This document shows positions 45,532-55,156 of a stretch of 64,000 nt of DNA, piece by piece. The position numbers were made by a program, and so were the translations under genes. Within the stretch, counting starts at the first letter, position 1, and each line of letters opens with the position of its first letter. Source of the DNA: an uncultured Candidatus Saccharibacteria bacterium (lineage in GTDB: Bacteria; Patescibacteriota; Minisyncoccia; Phycocordibacterales; WO2-35-19); the NCBI GenBank assembly GCA_964440955.1, contig CAYTTP010000002.1, forward strand, positions 18,372-82,371, written 5' to 3'. The notes beneath the pieces were generated by a model. It saw only the letters and a list, made by a program, of their open reading frames with translations, was not told where the DNA came from and made no database searches.

Positions 45532-45789
45532 ATGACCAAAAGCAAAATTAGTAGCGGAGCGGTGCATAAATTGCCAGCAGATTTTAAAAAGGTCATGGCT
45601 TCTTCGATGAAGGCGAAAGCAACCTGGGAAGATATAACAGGGCTTGCGCGCAATGAGTGGATTTGTTGGGTTGAGTCAGCCAAGAAAATGGAAACGAGGA
45701 ATCATCGAATCGAGCGAACTGTCGAAGACCTTTCAAAAGGCAAACGCTGCCCTTGCTGTTGGGCCGGCTGTCCGCACCGATTTACTTAA
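45532..45789 (+). CDS. YdeI/OmdA-family protein with a C-terminal Cys cluster
   Basis: VHKLPADFKK...WEDITGLARNEWICWVESAKKMETRNHRIERTVEDL matches the OmdA-domain pattern. Confidence 0.45.
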   Translation: MTKSKISSGAVHKLPADFKKVMASSMKAKATWEDITGLARNEWICWVESAKKMETRNHRIERTVEDLSKGKRCPCCWAGCPHRFT

Positions 45790-45827
45790 ACCTTTCAATA
45801 AGTGGCTATGTGTGATATAATAGCAAT

Positions 45828-46049
45828 ATGAAAACTATCATTCAGTTTACGATCGAAAAAGGGGAAAAGTACTACATTGCCCACGCAAATGATTTTCCTA
45901 TTTTTACTCAAGCAGAAACTCTTGATGAATTGGTAAAAAATATCAAAGAAGCAACCGGACTTCATTTTTCAGATGAAGATCTTGAAGAAAACGGATTGAA
46001 AGCAAACCCATCCTTACTTGTAAACTTTGAGATTCCTCAATATGCCTAA
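45828..46049 (+). CDS. hicB: HicB-family antitoxin
   Basis: 73 aa; sits 5' of and translationally coupled to hicA (ATGCCTAA overlap). Confidence 0.55.
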   Translation: MKTIIQFTIEKGEKYYIAHANDFPIFTQAETLDELVKNIKEATGLHFSDEDLEENGLKANPSLLVNFEIPQYA

Positions 46050-46281
46050 ATTAAGAGTTTTGGGCGGGAAAGATCTGCTTAAAATTTTCTCCAACTTTGG
46101 TTTTGAAGAAATAGAACAGCATGGCAGTCATGTCAAAATGAGGCGGTTTGTTGCTGAAGAAAAGCAAACATTGACTGTCCCTATGCACAAAGAAATTGAT
46201 AAAGGATTGCTTAAACAAATATTTAACCAGGCTTCACGATACGTATCTGAAGAAGAACTAAGGCCATTTTTTTATATTTAA
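46042..46281 (+). CDS. hicA: HicA-family mRNA interferase toxin
   Basis: MPKLRVLGGKDLLKIF...QHGSHVKMRR...LTVPMHKEIDKGLLKQI. Confidence 0.7.
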   Translation: MPKLRVLGGKDLLKIFSNFGFEEIEQHGSHVKMRRFVAEEKQTLTVPMHKEIDKGLLKQIFNQASRYVSEEELRPFFYI

Positions 46282-46293
46282 TTTTGGTCAATC

Positions 46294-46674
46294 ATGCGAC
46301 ATATTGGAATCGATTTTGGTAAAAAGCGGGTTGGGGTGGCTACCTCGGACGAAGAAGGGAAGTTTGCTTTTGCACACTCGGTTTTGCCAAACGACGACAA
46401 ACTCTTGGGAAATTTGAGAAAAATAATTGAGTCGGAAAATATCGAAAAAATAGTATTGGGCGAATCAAAAAATTTGGATGGCAAACCAAACTCGCTCATG
46501 CAGGAAATAGAAATTTTCAAAAAACAATTGGAGGGAAGTTTTGATTTGCCGGTAATTTATGAACCAGAATTTTGGACATCAGAGCAGGCCAAAAGAGTGA
46601 CAGGGGAAAACCAAATGCACGATGCTTCAGCCGCTGCCTTGATACTGCAGTCGTATTTAGATAGGTCAAACTGA
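46294..46674 (+). CDS. ruvX: RuvX/YqgF-family Holliday-junction-resolvase-like nuclease
   Basis: MRHIGIDFGKKRVGVATSD motif. Confidence 0.8.
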   Translation: MRHIGIDFGKKRVGVATSDEEGKFAFAHSVLPNDDKLLGNLRKIIESENIEKIVLGESKNLDGKPNSLMQEIEIFKKQLEGSFDLPVIYEPEFWTSEQAKRVTGENQMHDASAAALILQSYLDRSN

Positions 46675-46697
46675 CTTACCAATTCAATTTTTTGGTT

Positions 46698-46769
46698 GTG
46701 CCTTCGGCAGGAATCGAACCTACATCAACGCCTTAGAAGAGCGCTGCTCTATCCATTGAGCTACGAAGG
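46698..46769 (-). tRNA. tRNA-Arg (anticodon TCT)
   Basis: Acceptor GCCTTCG/CGAAGGC, anticodon loop CTTCTAA, T-loop TTCGATT. Confidence 0.85.
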
Positions 46770-46771
46770 CT

Positions 46772-46847
46772 GTGGTGCGCGGTGAGGGACTTGAACCCCC
46801 GACCTTGTCAGTGTAAATGACCTGCTCTACCAACTGAGCTAACCGCG
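46772..46847 (-). tRNA. tRNA-Val (anticodon TAC)
   Basis: Acceptor GCGCGGT/ACCGCGC, anticodon loop TTTACAC, T-loop TTCAAGT, CCA encoded. Confidence 0.75.
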
Positions 46848-46961
46848 CGCAAAATTTTAAAGAATAAAATGATTATAAAATTTTAGCGTCAAGCCGAAGC
46901 TTTAGCGTAGGCTGACCGCGATAATATACCATAAATATTCAATATGTGTAATATTTAATAC

Positions 46962-47687
46962 ATGAATCTAAAAATTCTATATGAAGACGAACATATAGTC
47001 GCGCTCGACAAGCCGTCAGGGCTTTTGGTGCATACTGATGGTAGGAGCAAAGAATTAACCTTGGTTGATTGGGTACTTCAAAATTATCCGGAAGCGGCAG
47101 ATGTAGGCGAGGAGGAGTACATACAAAATGGGGAGAAGGTGATGCGTCCAGGGATCGTACACCGTCTTGATAGGGAGACAAGTGGGGTGGTTGTGATCGC
47201 AAAGACGAAAGAGGCTCACGCATTTTTGAAAAAACAATTTCAAGATCGGACAGTGAAAAAAGTGTATCACGCTTTTGTTTGGGGAAGCTTTCCAAAAATC
47301 GCGCCTGGAGCTTTGCAAGTTATCAACAAACCGATTGGTCGAAGCGCTTCCGACTTTCGCAAATGGTCGGCCGAGTTTGGCGCGAAGGGGGACCTACGAG
47401 AAGCCGTTACCCACTACTCTGTAATTGCTCAAAATAAGGAGTATGCTTACCTCTCTGTTTCTCCCCAGACAGGACGTACTCATCAAATCAGGGTGCACTT
47501 GAAATCGATCAGTCATCCGGTCGTGGGGGATAGTGTCTATGGTCCAAAAAAAGAAAATGCTCTGGGTCTATCAAGGCTCGCCCTCCACGCGCGCTCGATC
47601 GAGCTTAAGTCTCTTTCTGGCGTCTCTCTTCATATCGAATCCGCTCTGCCCGAAGAATTTGAAAAGGCTAAGAGTCTACTAGGTTGA
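46962..47687 (+). CDS. RluA-family pseudouridine synthase
   Basis: HRLDRETSGVVVIAKT catalytic motif. Confidence 0.8.
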   Translation: MNLKILYEDEHIVALDKPSGLLVHTDGRSKELTLVDWVLQNYPEAADVGEEEYIQNGEKVMRPGIVHRLDRETSGVVVIAKTKEAHAFLKKQFQDRTVKKVYHAFVWGSFPKIAPGALQVINKPIGRSASDFRKWSAEFGAKGDLREAVTHYSVIAQNKEYAYLSVSPQTGRTHQIRVHLKSISHPVVGDSVYGPKKENALGLSRLALHARSIELKSLSGVSLHIESALPEEFEKAKSLLG

Positions 47688-47737
47688 AGTTGGTTAAAGA
47701 TTAGAAAAAATAAGCAAAAACTGTTATATTCTCTCTT

Positions 47738-50700
47738 ATGAAAGAAGAGGAAAAAAACATAGCGGCCAAGGAAGAAGAAGTCCTGAAATTTTGGAAGGAG
47801 AATAAAATCTTTGAAAAATCACTCACCAAATCCTCTCCCAAGGGTAACTTCGTTTTTTATGAAGGTCCACCGACCGCTAACGCGAAACCTGCTCTTCACC
47901 ACCTTGAAGCTCGGGCCTTTAAAGACGTGATCCCTCGCTATAAAACTATGAGAGGGTTCCATGTTCCCAGAAAAGGTGGTTGGGATACGCATGGCCTTCC
48001 GGTAGAACTTCAAATAGAAAAGAAGCTTGGTCTTACTTCAAAAAAAGACATAGAGCAATATGGTGTTGAAGCTTTCAATCGCGCCTGCAAAGAGAGCGTT
48101 TTTGAATATATAGGTGAATGGGAAAAATTTACTGATCGCATTGCATATTGGGTTGATAAAAAAAATGCTTACTACACCTTCAACTCTTCTTTTATGGAGA
48201 CCGAATGGAATATTATAAAAAAAGTGTATGAAGACGATCTTCTCTACAAAGATTATCGGGTGGTGCCGTGGTGTACTCGCTGTGGGACAGCGCTCTCCTC
48301 TCATGAATTGGCTCAAGGCTACGAAGATGTAAAAGATCTTTCTGTTTATGTGAAATTTAAGGTTAAACAAGGTCAGAAGATAAAAGATTCTGTTGTTGAA
48401 GACAATACATATATATTGGCATGGACGACAACCCCATGGACTCTTCCGGGTAATGTCGGATTAGCAGTGGGGGAGGAGATTGAATATTTAAAATTAAAAA
48501 TTACCAACCAAGGAGGCGGAATTGGAAATTCTTCAGAAATCTTAATAATTGCCAAGGAGAGGGTGTCAGTAATAACTGCAGAGTATTCTGTCCTCGATGA
48601 AATAAAAGGAAAAGACTTGATTGGTCTTGAATATGAGCCACTTTACCCGTATTTGAAAGACAAGTTTGAAAGTAAAGATCCAGAAAGTTTTGAAAGAGCT
48701 TATAAGGTGTACGGGGCGGATTTTGTAACTACTACCGATGGTACAGGTATTGTTCATACTGCCGTTATGTATGGTCAGGAAGATTTTGAACTTGGCACAA
48801 AGGTGGGGCTTCCAAAATTTCATCTTGTTTCTGACGATGGCAAGTTTGTTAGCGATACTGGTTTTTTGGAAGGCAGGTTTGTCAAAGAAAAAGACGAAAA
48901 CGGAAAGCCTACACTCGCAGTTGATATCATTGATGATTTAAAGAAAAGAAACCTGTTTCTCAATCAAGAAAATATAAAACATACTTACCCTCACTGTTGG
49001 AGGTGTAAGACTCCTCTTATATATTACGCGCGCGACTCTTGGTATATTCGTATGTCAAAGCTTCGCGATGAACTCCAAAAAGAAAATGAAAAAATAAACT
49101 GGGTACCCTCTCATATTCGTGCCGGCCGTTTTGGGGAATGGCTTCGGGAAGTGAAAGATTGGGCAATTTCTCGTGAAAGATATTGGGGTACGCCATTGCC
49201 AGTGTGGCTATCAAAAAATGGAGAAATGAAAGTAATTGGAAGTGTCGAGGAACTAAAAAAATACACTAAAAAATCTGGCAATCAATATTTCGTCATGCGT
49301 CACGGCGAAGCGAGAAACAATGCACTTAACATACCAGACAGGGAGGGTGACCCTGAAAATCATTTGACCGAAAAGGGGGAGAAAGAAGTTTTGGAAACCT
49401 GTGATGATTTGAAGACTAAAAAGATAGACCTAATCATCACCTCGCCGTTTTTGAGGACGAGAGAGACAGTGGCGATCATAAAGAGAGAGCTCGGCCTTAA
49501 GGAAGAAAATATAGTTGAAGATACGAGAATATTTGAAATACAGCCAAACGAAAGTTATTTGGAGGTACGAAAGCGGATGGGCGAATTTATTTTTGATATC
49601 GAGTCAAGATACCAAAACAAAAATATTTTGATTGTAAGTCATGGTTTGCCAATCTGGTCGCTTTTGGAAGTGGTAAATATGCGGAAGGTTGATGATGGTG
49701 ACACTCCTTACGATTTGAAAACAGGCGAAGTGAAAGGATTTTCGTTTTCTCTATTTCCAAAAAATGAAAAATACGAGCTTGATTTGCATAAGCCATATAT
49801 TGATGAAATTGAACTTTTTGACGAGGGGGGCGAAAAGCTAACTCGCACAAAGGAGGTGATGGATGTTTGGTTTGACTCTGGTGCCATGCCTTTTGCTCAA
49901 GATGGTTTAACTCTACAAGATAAAGTCTTGTATCCAGCCGACTATATTTCTGAAGCGATCGATCAGACTCGTGGTTGGTTTTATACTCTCCATGCGATTG
50001 GAGTATTGATGGGGCGAGGACACGCTTATAAAAACGTTGTCTGCTTAGGGCATATTCTTGATGCAGAGGGTAAAAAAATGTCCAAGTCGGTCGGTAATAT
50101 CATAGATCCAGTTGTCGCGATAAACACGTATGGCGCTGACGCTTTGCGTATGTGGATGTATACAGTCAACCAACCGGGGGATTCAAAAAACTTTGACCCG
50201 AAAACGGTTGATGAACTGATAAAAAAGATTTTCAATCCTATTGAAAATGTCATTTCTTTTTATGAAATGTACGCTGACTCTTCTATACAACCCCATGATC
50301 GAAGCAGTGATTTGTTAGACAAATGGATAATAGCAGTCTTCAAAAAAATGTCCGCTCAGGGTACCGAATATTTGGATAACTTTAAAATTTTTGAAGCAGC
50401 GAGATTGGTGCGCGACTTTGTCAATGATTTTTCTACATGGTACATACGTCGTTCGAGAGAAAGGTTTAAATCAGAAGATTTGACTGATAAAAACAACGCG
50501 CTTAGCACTACCGCTTTTGTTTTGCGCGAATTGTCGAAATATATGGCGCCATTCATGCCGTTTTTTGCTGAGAGTATTTATTTGAAATTCAGAGCAAATG
50601 AAGAGCCGGAGAGTGTGCATTTGACCGGATGGCCTTTTGAAGATGATGGAATATTGAAAAATATTTTCGATTCGTTCAAGCATGAAAAAAATATCATTGA

Positions 50701-51193
50701 AGACATGGAAGAAGTGCGACGCATAGTGTCGCTCGCTCTTGAAAAGCGTATGGCTGCAAATATAAAAGTAAGGCAACCGTTGACTAAATTAAAAATAAAA
50801 AATTCAAGATTGAATAATTCGGACCCAGCTTTTTTGGATTTGATCAAGGATGAAATAAATATCAAAGAAGTTGTTTTTGATGAAAGTATTGCCGAAGATG
50901 TAGAGCTTGACCAAACCATCACTCCGGAGTTGAAAAAGGAGGGGGAGGTGCGGGAGATTATCAGGATGATACAAGACTTGCGTAAAGAAAATGAACTAAC
51001 ACCTGACCAAAAAATAACTCTAAGGGTCGAAGCAGGAAAAGAAAAAATAGAGCTGTTTAGAGAGTTTGAAAGCACAATTTCCAAACCAACCAACATTTCG
51101 CATTTTGAGTTTATTGATAGAGAAGGTGGGGCAGATGTCGCAAGGGAAGTTGATTTGGATAGACTGGTTTTGTCCATAATTCATACTTCTTAA
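47738..51193 (+). CDS. ileS: Isoleucyl-tRNA synthetase carrying an in-frame inserted histidine-phosphatase (PGAM-family) domain
   Basis: HIGH-like motif (PPTANAKPALHH), KMSKS, and WCTRCGT zinc motif. Between GTPLPVW (about aa 484) and VWFDSG (about aa 714) lies a roughly 150-aa module with RHG (FVMRHGEARNN), SPFLRTRET and IVSHG motifs. Confidence 0.9.
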   Translation: MKEEEKNIAAKEEEVLKFWKENKIFEKSLTKSSPKGNFVFYEGPPTANAKPALHHLEARAFKDVIPRYKTMRGFHVPRKGGWDTHGLPVELQIEKKLGLTSKKDIEQYGVEAFNRACKESVFEYIGEWEKFTDRIAYWVDKKNAYYTFNSSFMETEWNIIKKVYEDDLLYKDYRVVPWCTRCGTALSSHELAQGYEDVKDLSVYVKFKVKQGQKIKDSVVEDNTYILAWTTTPWTLPGNVGLAVGEEIEYLKLKITNQGGGIGNSSEILIIAKERVSVITAEYSVLDEIKGKDLIGLEYEPLYPYLKDKFESKDPESFERAYKVYGADFVTTTDGTGIVHTAVMYGQEDFELGTKVGLPKFHLVSDDGKFVSDTGFLEGRFVKEKDENGKPTLAVDIIDDLKKRNLFLNQENIKHTYPHCWRCKTPLIYYARDSWYIRMSKLRDELQKENEKINWVPSHIRAGRFGEWLREVKDWAISRERYWGTPLPVWLSKNGEMKVIGSVEELKKYTKKSGNQYFVMRHGEARNNALNIPDREGDPENHLTEKGEKEVLETCDDLKTKKIDLIITSPFLRTRETVAIIKRELGLKEENIVEDTRIFEIQPNESYLEVRKRMGEFIFDIESRYQNKNILIVSHGLPIWSLLEVVNMRKVDDGDTPYDLKTGEVKGFSFSLFPKNEKYELDLHKPYIDEIELFDEGGEKLTRTKEVMDVWFDSGAMPFAQDGLTLQDKVLYPADYISEAIDQTRGWFYTLHAIGVLMGRGHAYKNVVCLGHILDAEGKKMSKSVGNIIDPVVAINTYGADALRMWMYTVNQPGDSKNFDPKTVDELIKKIFNPIENVISFYEMYADSSIQPHDRSSDLLDKWIIAVFKKMSAQGTEYLDNFKIFEAARLVRDFVNDFSTWYIRRSRERFKSEDLTDKNNALSTTAFVLRELSKYMAPFMPFFAESIYLKFRANEEPESVHLTGWPFEDDGILKNIFDSFKHEKNIIEDMEEVRRIVSLALEKRMAANIKVRQPLTKLKIKNSRLNNSDPAFLDLIKDEINIKEVVFDESIAEDVELDQTITPELKKEGEVREIIRMIQDLRKENELTPDQKITLRVEAGKEKIELFREFESTISKPTNISHFEFIDREGGADVAREVDLDRLVLSIIHTS

Positions 51194-51205
51194 TTCATAA
51201 TTCAG
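51174..51205. repeat. AT-rich repeat, single arm, at the ileS stop
   Basis: CCATAATTCATACTTCTTAATTCATAATTCAG; it encodes the ileS C-terminus IIHTS followed by the stop. Confidence 0.5.
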
Positions 51206-51211
51206 TTTGCA

Positions 51212-51796
51212 ATGTACGCCAAACATCATACGCGTGGAATAATTTTATCTAGTAAGGCCGACGGTGATTATGATCGAGTGGCGTATATTTTTACCCAAGA
51301 TTTTGGTTTGCTTAGAGCAAAAGCTCAGGGTGTGAGGAGACTTGGTTCAAAAATCGCTTCCGGGGTCCAGGATTTTTCGCATGGTGAATATTCTCTAGTG
51401 CATGGTAAATCCGGTTGGCGGCTTGTGAGTGCCAGGGCTGAAGGCAATATTTTTGAAGATCTAAGAGGCGAGAAGGCGAAACTTGAAGTAGTCGCCAAGC
51501 TATTTCTATTGATCAAAAAAATGATGGGCGAGGAGGAGCCGAATAATGAACTTTTTTTGGTTGTGATCAATTTTATCGGTATGGTGCGAAGTGTAGACCT
51601 TTATACCTTACCTGGTCTTGAATGCTTGGTAATACTTAAGGTGCTCTATCATCTAGGTTATATGAATAATGATCCTGAGTTTTCGCTTCCACTTGCTTCG
51701 GTTGTGATAAGTGAAGAGGAGGTAAAGAGGGTTTTGCCAAAACGATCTTTTCTTATCTCTGTTATAAACGATGCTCTGCGAGCAAGTCACCTTTAA
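51212..51796 (+). CDS. recO: DNA repair protein RecO (short form)
   Basis: N-terminal OB-fold pattern (GIILSSKADGDYDRVAYIFTQDFGLLRAKAQG). Confidence 0.6.
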   Translation: MYAKHHTRGIILSSKADGDYDRVAYIFTQDFGLLRAKAQGVRRLGSKIASGVQDFSHGEYSLVHGKSGWRLVSARAEGNIFEDLRGEKAKLEVVAKLFLLIKKMMGEEEPNNELFLVVINFIGMVRSVDLYTLPGLECLVILKVLYHLGYMNNDPEFSLPLASVVISEEEVKRVLPKRSFLISVINDALRASHL

Positions 51797-51813
51797 TGTG
51801 GTATTATTAAAAT

Positions 51814-53742
51814 ATGGATGAAGAAAAGAGGGAAAAGCTCGACGCGGTCGAGAGGTCGCTCTATTCGAGGATCGATCGAAAAACAGAACCAGGTCAAAGG
51901 ACCAAATTCTCTGAGAGAGAAGTAGGTGTTGAGACCGAAGATAATGGTTGGCAAAGCGATCAAAAAAACCGCTTTGATGAACTCGCCTCCAAAGCTGCCC
52001 ATATGGCACAAAGCAAACATAGTATAGTCAAAAAAATATTTATCGCTTCAATCGTGTTTTTTGTTTTGTCGGTCGGCGTGGCTTCATTTATCTTTCTCGA
52101 TGGGGTCAATTTTGTCTCTTCTAAAAAGGTAGAAGTGGCTGTCGAGGGACCGCTCTCTATCGCTGGCGGCCAGGAAACCTCATTTGATGTTCGTGTTTCA
52201 AATAACAACACCACCGACCTTGAGTCGGCCTCACTACTTGTTGAGTATCCTGAAGGTACGCGCTCAGCTACTGACATGACAAAGCCCTTAGAGCGAGAGC
52301 GCTTCACTTTGCCAAATATTGGGAGAGGTGAGGAGTATGTCGAACGTATGAAAGCGGTATTTTTTGGTTCGAAGGACAAAGCTCAAGAGATAAAGATAAC
52401 CCTCGAGTATCGAGTCGAAAATTCAAGCGCTCTATTTTATAAAGATGTGACTCATGAATTTTCGATAAGCTCATCGCCGGTCATTGTTACTCCAACTTAT
52501 CCGAAGGAGGTTAATTCTAACCAAAGCATGTCGTTCAATATAGAGGTGGCTTCCAATTCGAAGGAACCAATCTCCAATTTTTTGGTGAACGTCGAGTATC
52601 CTTTTGGTTTTGTTTTTAGCGAATCCAACCCAAAAGCAACTTCCGGAAATGGTATTTGGCAATTTGCGACTTTGAAAGCGGGGGAGAAAAAAACAATCCG
52701 CATTGTGGGTACTATGGTCGCTCAAGACAATGAAGAAAGAGCTTTTCGTATTACTGCCGGTACTGCCGACCAAAACGATCCACGCAAGATAGCGGTCCCG
52801 ATAGCGATGCTAACCGAGTCGATAACAGTAAGTAGACCATTTGTTAATTTGGACTTTTTAGTCGAAGGCAAAGATCAAGATTATGCTGCTTCCTCTAATG
52901 GTCAAATAGAGTCGGAGGTTCGACTTACCAATAATCTTTCAACTCGTCTTTTCAATACCAAAGTAGAAGTTTCTTTTAGTGGTGCAGCTTTTGACAACCT
53001 TGCCGTTAGTCCTTCACAGAGTGGGTTTTTTCAATCTTTTAACAATACTATCGTCTGGGACAAGAGAGCGCTCCCCGATCTTGGTGATTTGGGACCTGGA
53101 GAATCCGAAGAGCTTTCCTTCAGGCTTTCGCCGCTTGATTATTCAAAAATACCGGTAGGTGTTGCTGCTTCGATTTCGATGACAGCTAAAGTGACAGGGG
53201 AGAGAGTGCTCGACTCTGGTTCGAGCGAGGTGGTGACTGCAATCGAAACTAGAAAAATAGTTTTGGGTAGCAATGTGAACTTCTCTTCGAAAACAGTTCG
53301 ATCCCAAGGCTCGATCGAAAATGAAGGTTTGGTGCCACCTCGAGTCAATAAGCCGACTGACTATACGATTGCTTGGACGGTCAGAAATTCGATCAATCAA
53401 ATAAGCAATATTGAAGTTCGTGCCAAATTGCCTCCATATGTAAGCTACACCGGAGTCAAAAACCCTTCCGGTGAAGTGTTAAGTTTTGATCCAAACTCTC
53501 ACGAAGTAGTGTGGAGTGGTGGGTCACTGTTGCCACAAGGCTCGAAGACTGTTTACTTCCAACTACGCTTCGTTCCAAGCACAAGCCAAATCGGTTCGGC
53601 TCCCGTACTTATATATGAGTCAAACTTGAGCGCAATCGACAAAGTGACCGGCGCGAAGCTAAATATTATGGCCGGCGCCCAAACCACTAACTTTTCCGGC
53701 GATCCTTCTTTTAAGGACAGGGATGATAGGGTGGTGGAGTAG
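51814..53742 (+). CDS. Large hypothetical membrane-anchored extracytoplasmic protein
   Basis: N-terminal TM helix (IFIASIVFFVLSVGVASFIFL) followed by a 560-aa beta-rich region. Confidence 0.4.
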   Translation: MDEEKREKLDAVERSLYSRIDRKTEPGQRTKFSEREVGVETEDNGWQSDQKNRFDELASKAAHMAQSKHSIVKKIFIASIVFFVLSVGVASFIFLDGVNFVSSKKVEVAVEGPLSIAGGQETSFDVRVSNNNTTDLESASLLVEYPEGTRSATDMTKPLERERFTLPNIGRGEEYVERMKAVFFGSKDKAQEIKITLEYRVENSSALFYKDVTHEFSISSSPVIVTPTYPKEVNSNQSMSFNIEVASNSKEPISNFLVNVEYPFGFVFSESNPKATSGNGIWQFATLKAGEKKTIRIVGTMVAQDNEERAFRITAGTADQNDPRKIAVPIAMLTESITVSRPFVNLDFLVEGKDQDYAASSNGQIESEVRLTNNLSTRLFNTKVEVSFSGAAFDNLAVSPSQSGFFQSFNNTIVWDKRALPDLGDLGPGESEELSFRLSPLDYSKIPVGVAASISMTAKVTGERVLDSGSSEVVTAIETRKIVLGSNVNFSSKTVRSQGSIENEGLVPPRVNKPTDYTIAWTVRNSINQISNIEVRAKLPPYVSYTGVKNPSGEVLSFDPNSHEVVWSGGSLLPQGSKTVYFQLRFVPSTSQIGSAPVLIYESNLSAIDKVTGAKLNIMAGAQTTNFSGDPSFKDRDDRVVE

Positions 53743-53778
53743 ATTGTAGATAATAGATGTTAGTGGTAGAAATAAGGA

Positions 53779-55086
53779 ATGGAAAAAGACAATAAAATGG
53801 AAAAGATTGTTTCGCTTGCCAAAAGGCGAGGATTTGTATTTCAAGGAAGTGAGATATATGGTGGTTTGGCAGGTACTTGGGATTATGGCCCATACGGTGC
53901 GGAGTTGGCTCACAACATAAAAGAATTATGGTGGAGGCATTTTGTGACTGATCGGGAGGATGTTTTTGGTATATCTACTCCAACTATTATGCCCGAAGGA
54001 GTATGGAGATCATCAGGACACCTCTCTGGTTTTACTGACCCTATGGTTGAATGCAAAAAATGTCATCATCGATTTAGAGCCGATCATTTGAAAGATAAAA
54101 ACAAATGTCCTGATTGTGGTGGAGAACTCGGTGAAGAGAAAGCTTTCAATTTAATGTTTCCGCTTAGTATGGGTAGTAGTGCTGACAGTGTTGCTTATCT
54201 TCGAGGCGAGGTGGCGCCTGGTATGTTTGTTAATTTTAAAAATATTTTGGATACTATCCATCCTAATTTACCTTTTGGCCTTGCTCAAATAGGCAGGGCT
54301 TATCGCAATGAAATAGCACCGAGAGATTTTCTTTTTAGGGTTCGTGAATTTGATTTGATGGAGATTGAGTTTTTTCTTCGCGAGAAAGATTGGGAAAAAT
54401 ATTTTGAGATGTGGCGGGAAGAAATGTGGAAATGGATAGAAAAAGTCGGTATAAACAAAGATCTTGTCCACGAACTTGAGGTTGCTAAGGAAGACCGGGC
54501 TCATTACTCAAAAAGAACTATTGATTTTGAATTTGATTTTCCTTTTGGCAGGAAAGAATTGTACGGTCTTGCTTATCGGACTGATTATGACTTAAAGGCT
54601 CATAGCGATGGTTCGGGCGTTGACCTATCTTATTATGACGAAGAAACAAAAGAGAGATTTGTCCCGCATGTTGTTGAGCCGTCGATGGGTCATGGCAGGA
54701 CACTGCTTGCAGTGCTTGCCTCTGCCTATACCGAAGATGAAATGAATGGGGAAGTGAGGACATATTTAAAACTTAAACCAAGTATTGCACCGGTGAAAGT
54801 AGCGGTATTTCCTCTTCTTAAGAACAAGCCAGAGTTGGTGACAAAGGCGAGAGAGGTATTTATGACACTCAAAAAGGAATTTGGCGCGATCGAATTTGAT
54901 GATAACGGTAATATTGGCAAGCGGTACAGGAGGCAAGACGAAATTGGTACGCCATTTTGTGTGACAGTCGATTTTGAGACGATTGAAAAAAATGAAGGAG
55001 TTACGGTTCGCGACCGTGACAGTGGTAGCCAGGAGAGAATAAAAGAGGAGGATTTGGTCGCTTACATAAAAAATAAAATACAATAA
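53779..55086 (+). CDS. glyQS: Glycyl-tRNA synthetase (alpha2 type, GlyQS)
   Basis: Class II motifs; RGFVFQGSEIYGG N-terminal signature; zinc-binding CxxC...CxxC. Confidence 0.85.
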   Translation: MEKDNKMEKIVSLAKRRGFVFQGSEIYGGLAGTWDYGPYGAELAHNIKELWWRHFVTDREDVFGISTPTIMPEGVWRSSGHLSGFTDPMVECKKCHHRFRADHLKDKNKCPDCGGELGEEKAFNLMFPLSMGSSADSVAYLRGEVAPGMFVNFKNILDTIHPNLPFGLAQIGRAYRNEIAPRDFLFRVREFDLMEIEFFLREKDWEKYFEMWREEMWKWIEKVGINKDLVHELEVAKEDRAHYSKRTIDFEFDFPFGRKELYGLAYRTDYDLKAHSDGSGVDLSYYDEETKERFVPHVVEPSMGHGRTLLAVLASAYTEDEMNGEVRTYLKLKPSIAPVKVAVFPLLKNKPELVTKAREVFMTLKKEFGAIEFDDNGNIGKRYRRQDEIGTPFCVTVDFETIEKNEGVTVRDRDSGSQERIKEEDLVAYIKNKIQ

Positions 55087-55156
55087 GAAAGGTTTGTTGA
55101 GTTTTCCTCGTCTTTGCTCTGGTGCTTGTCGAATAATATCTTATACTTATTTGCAT

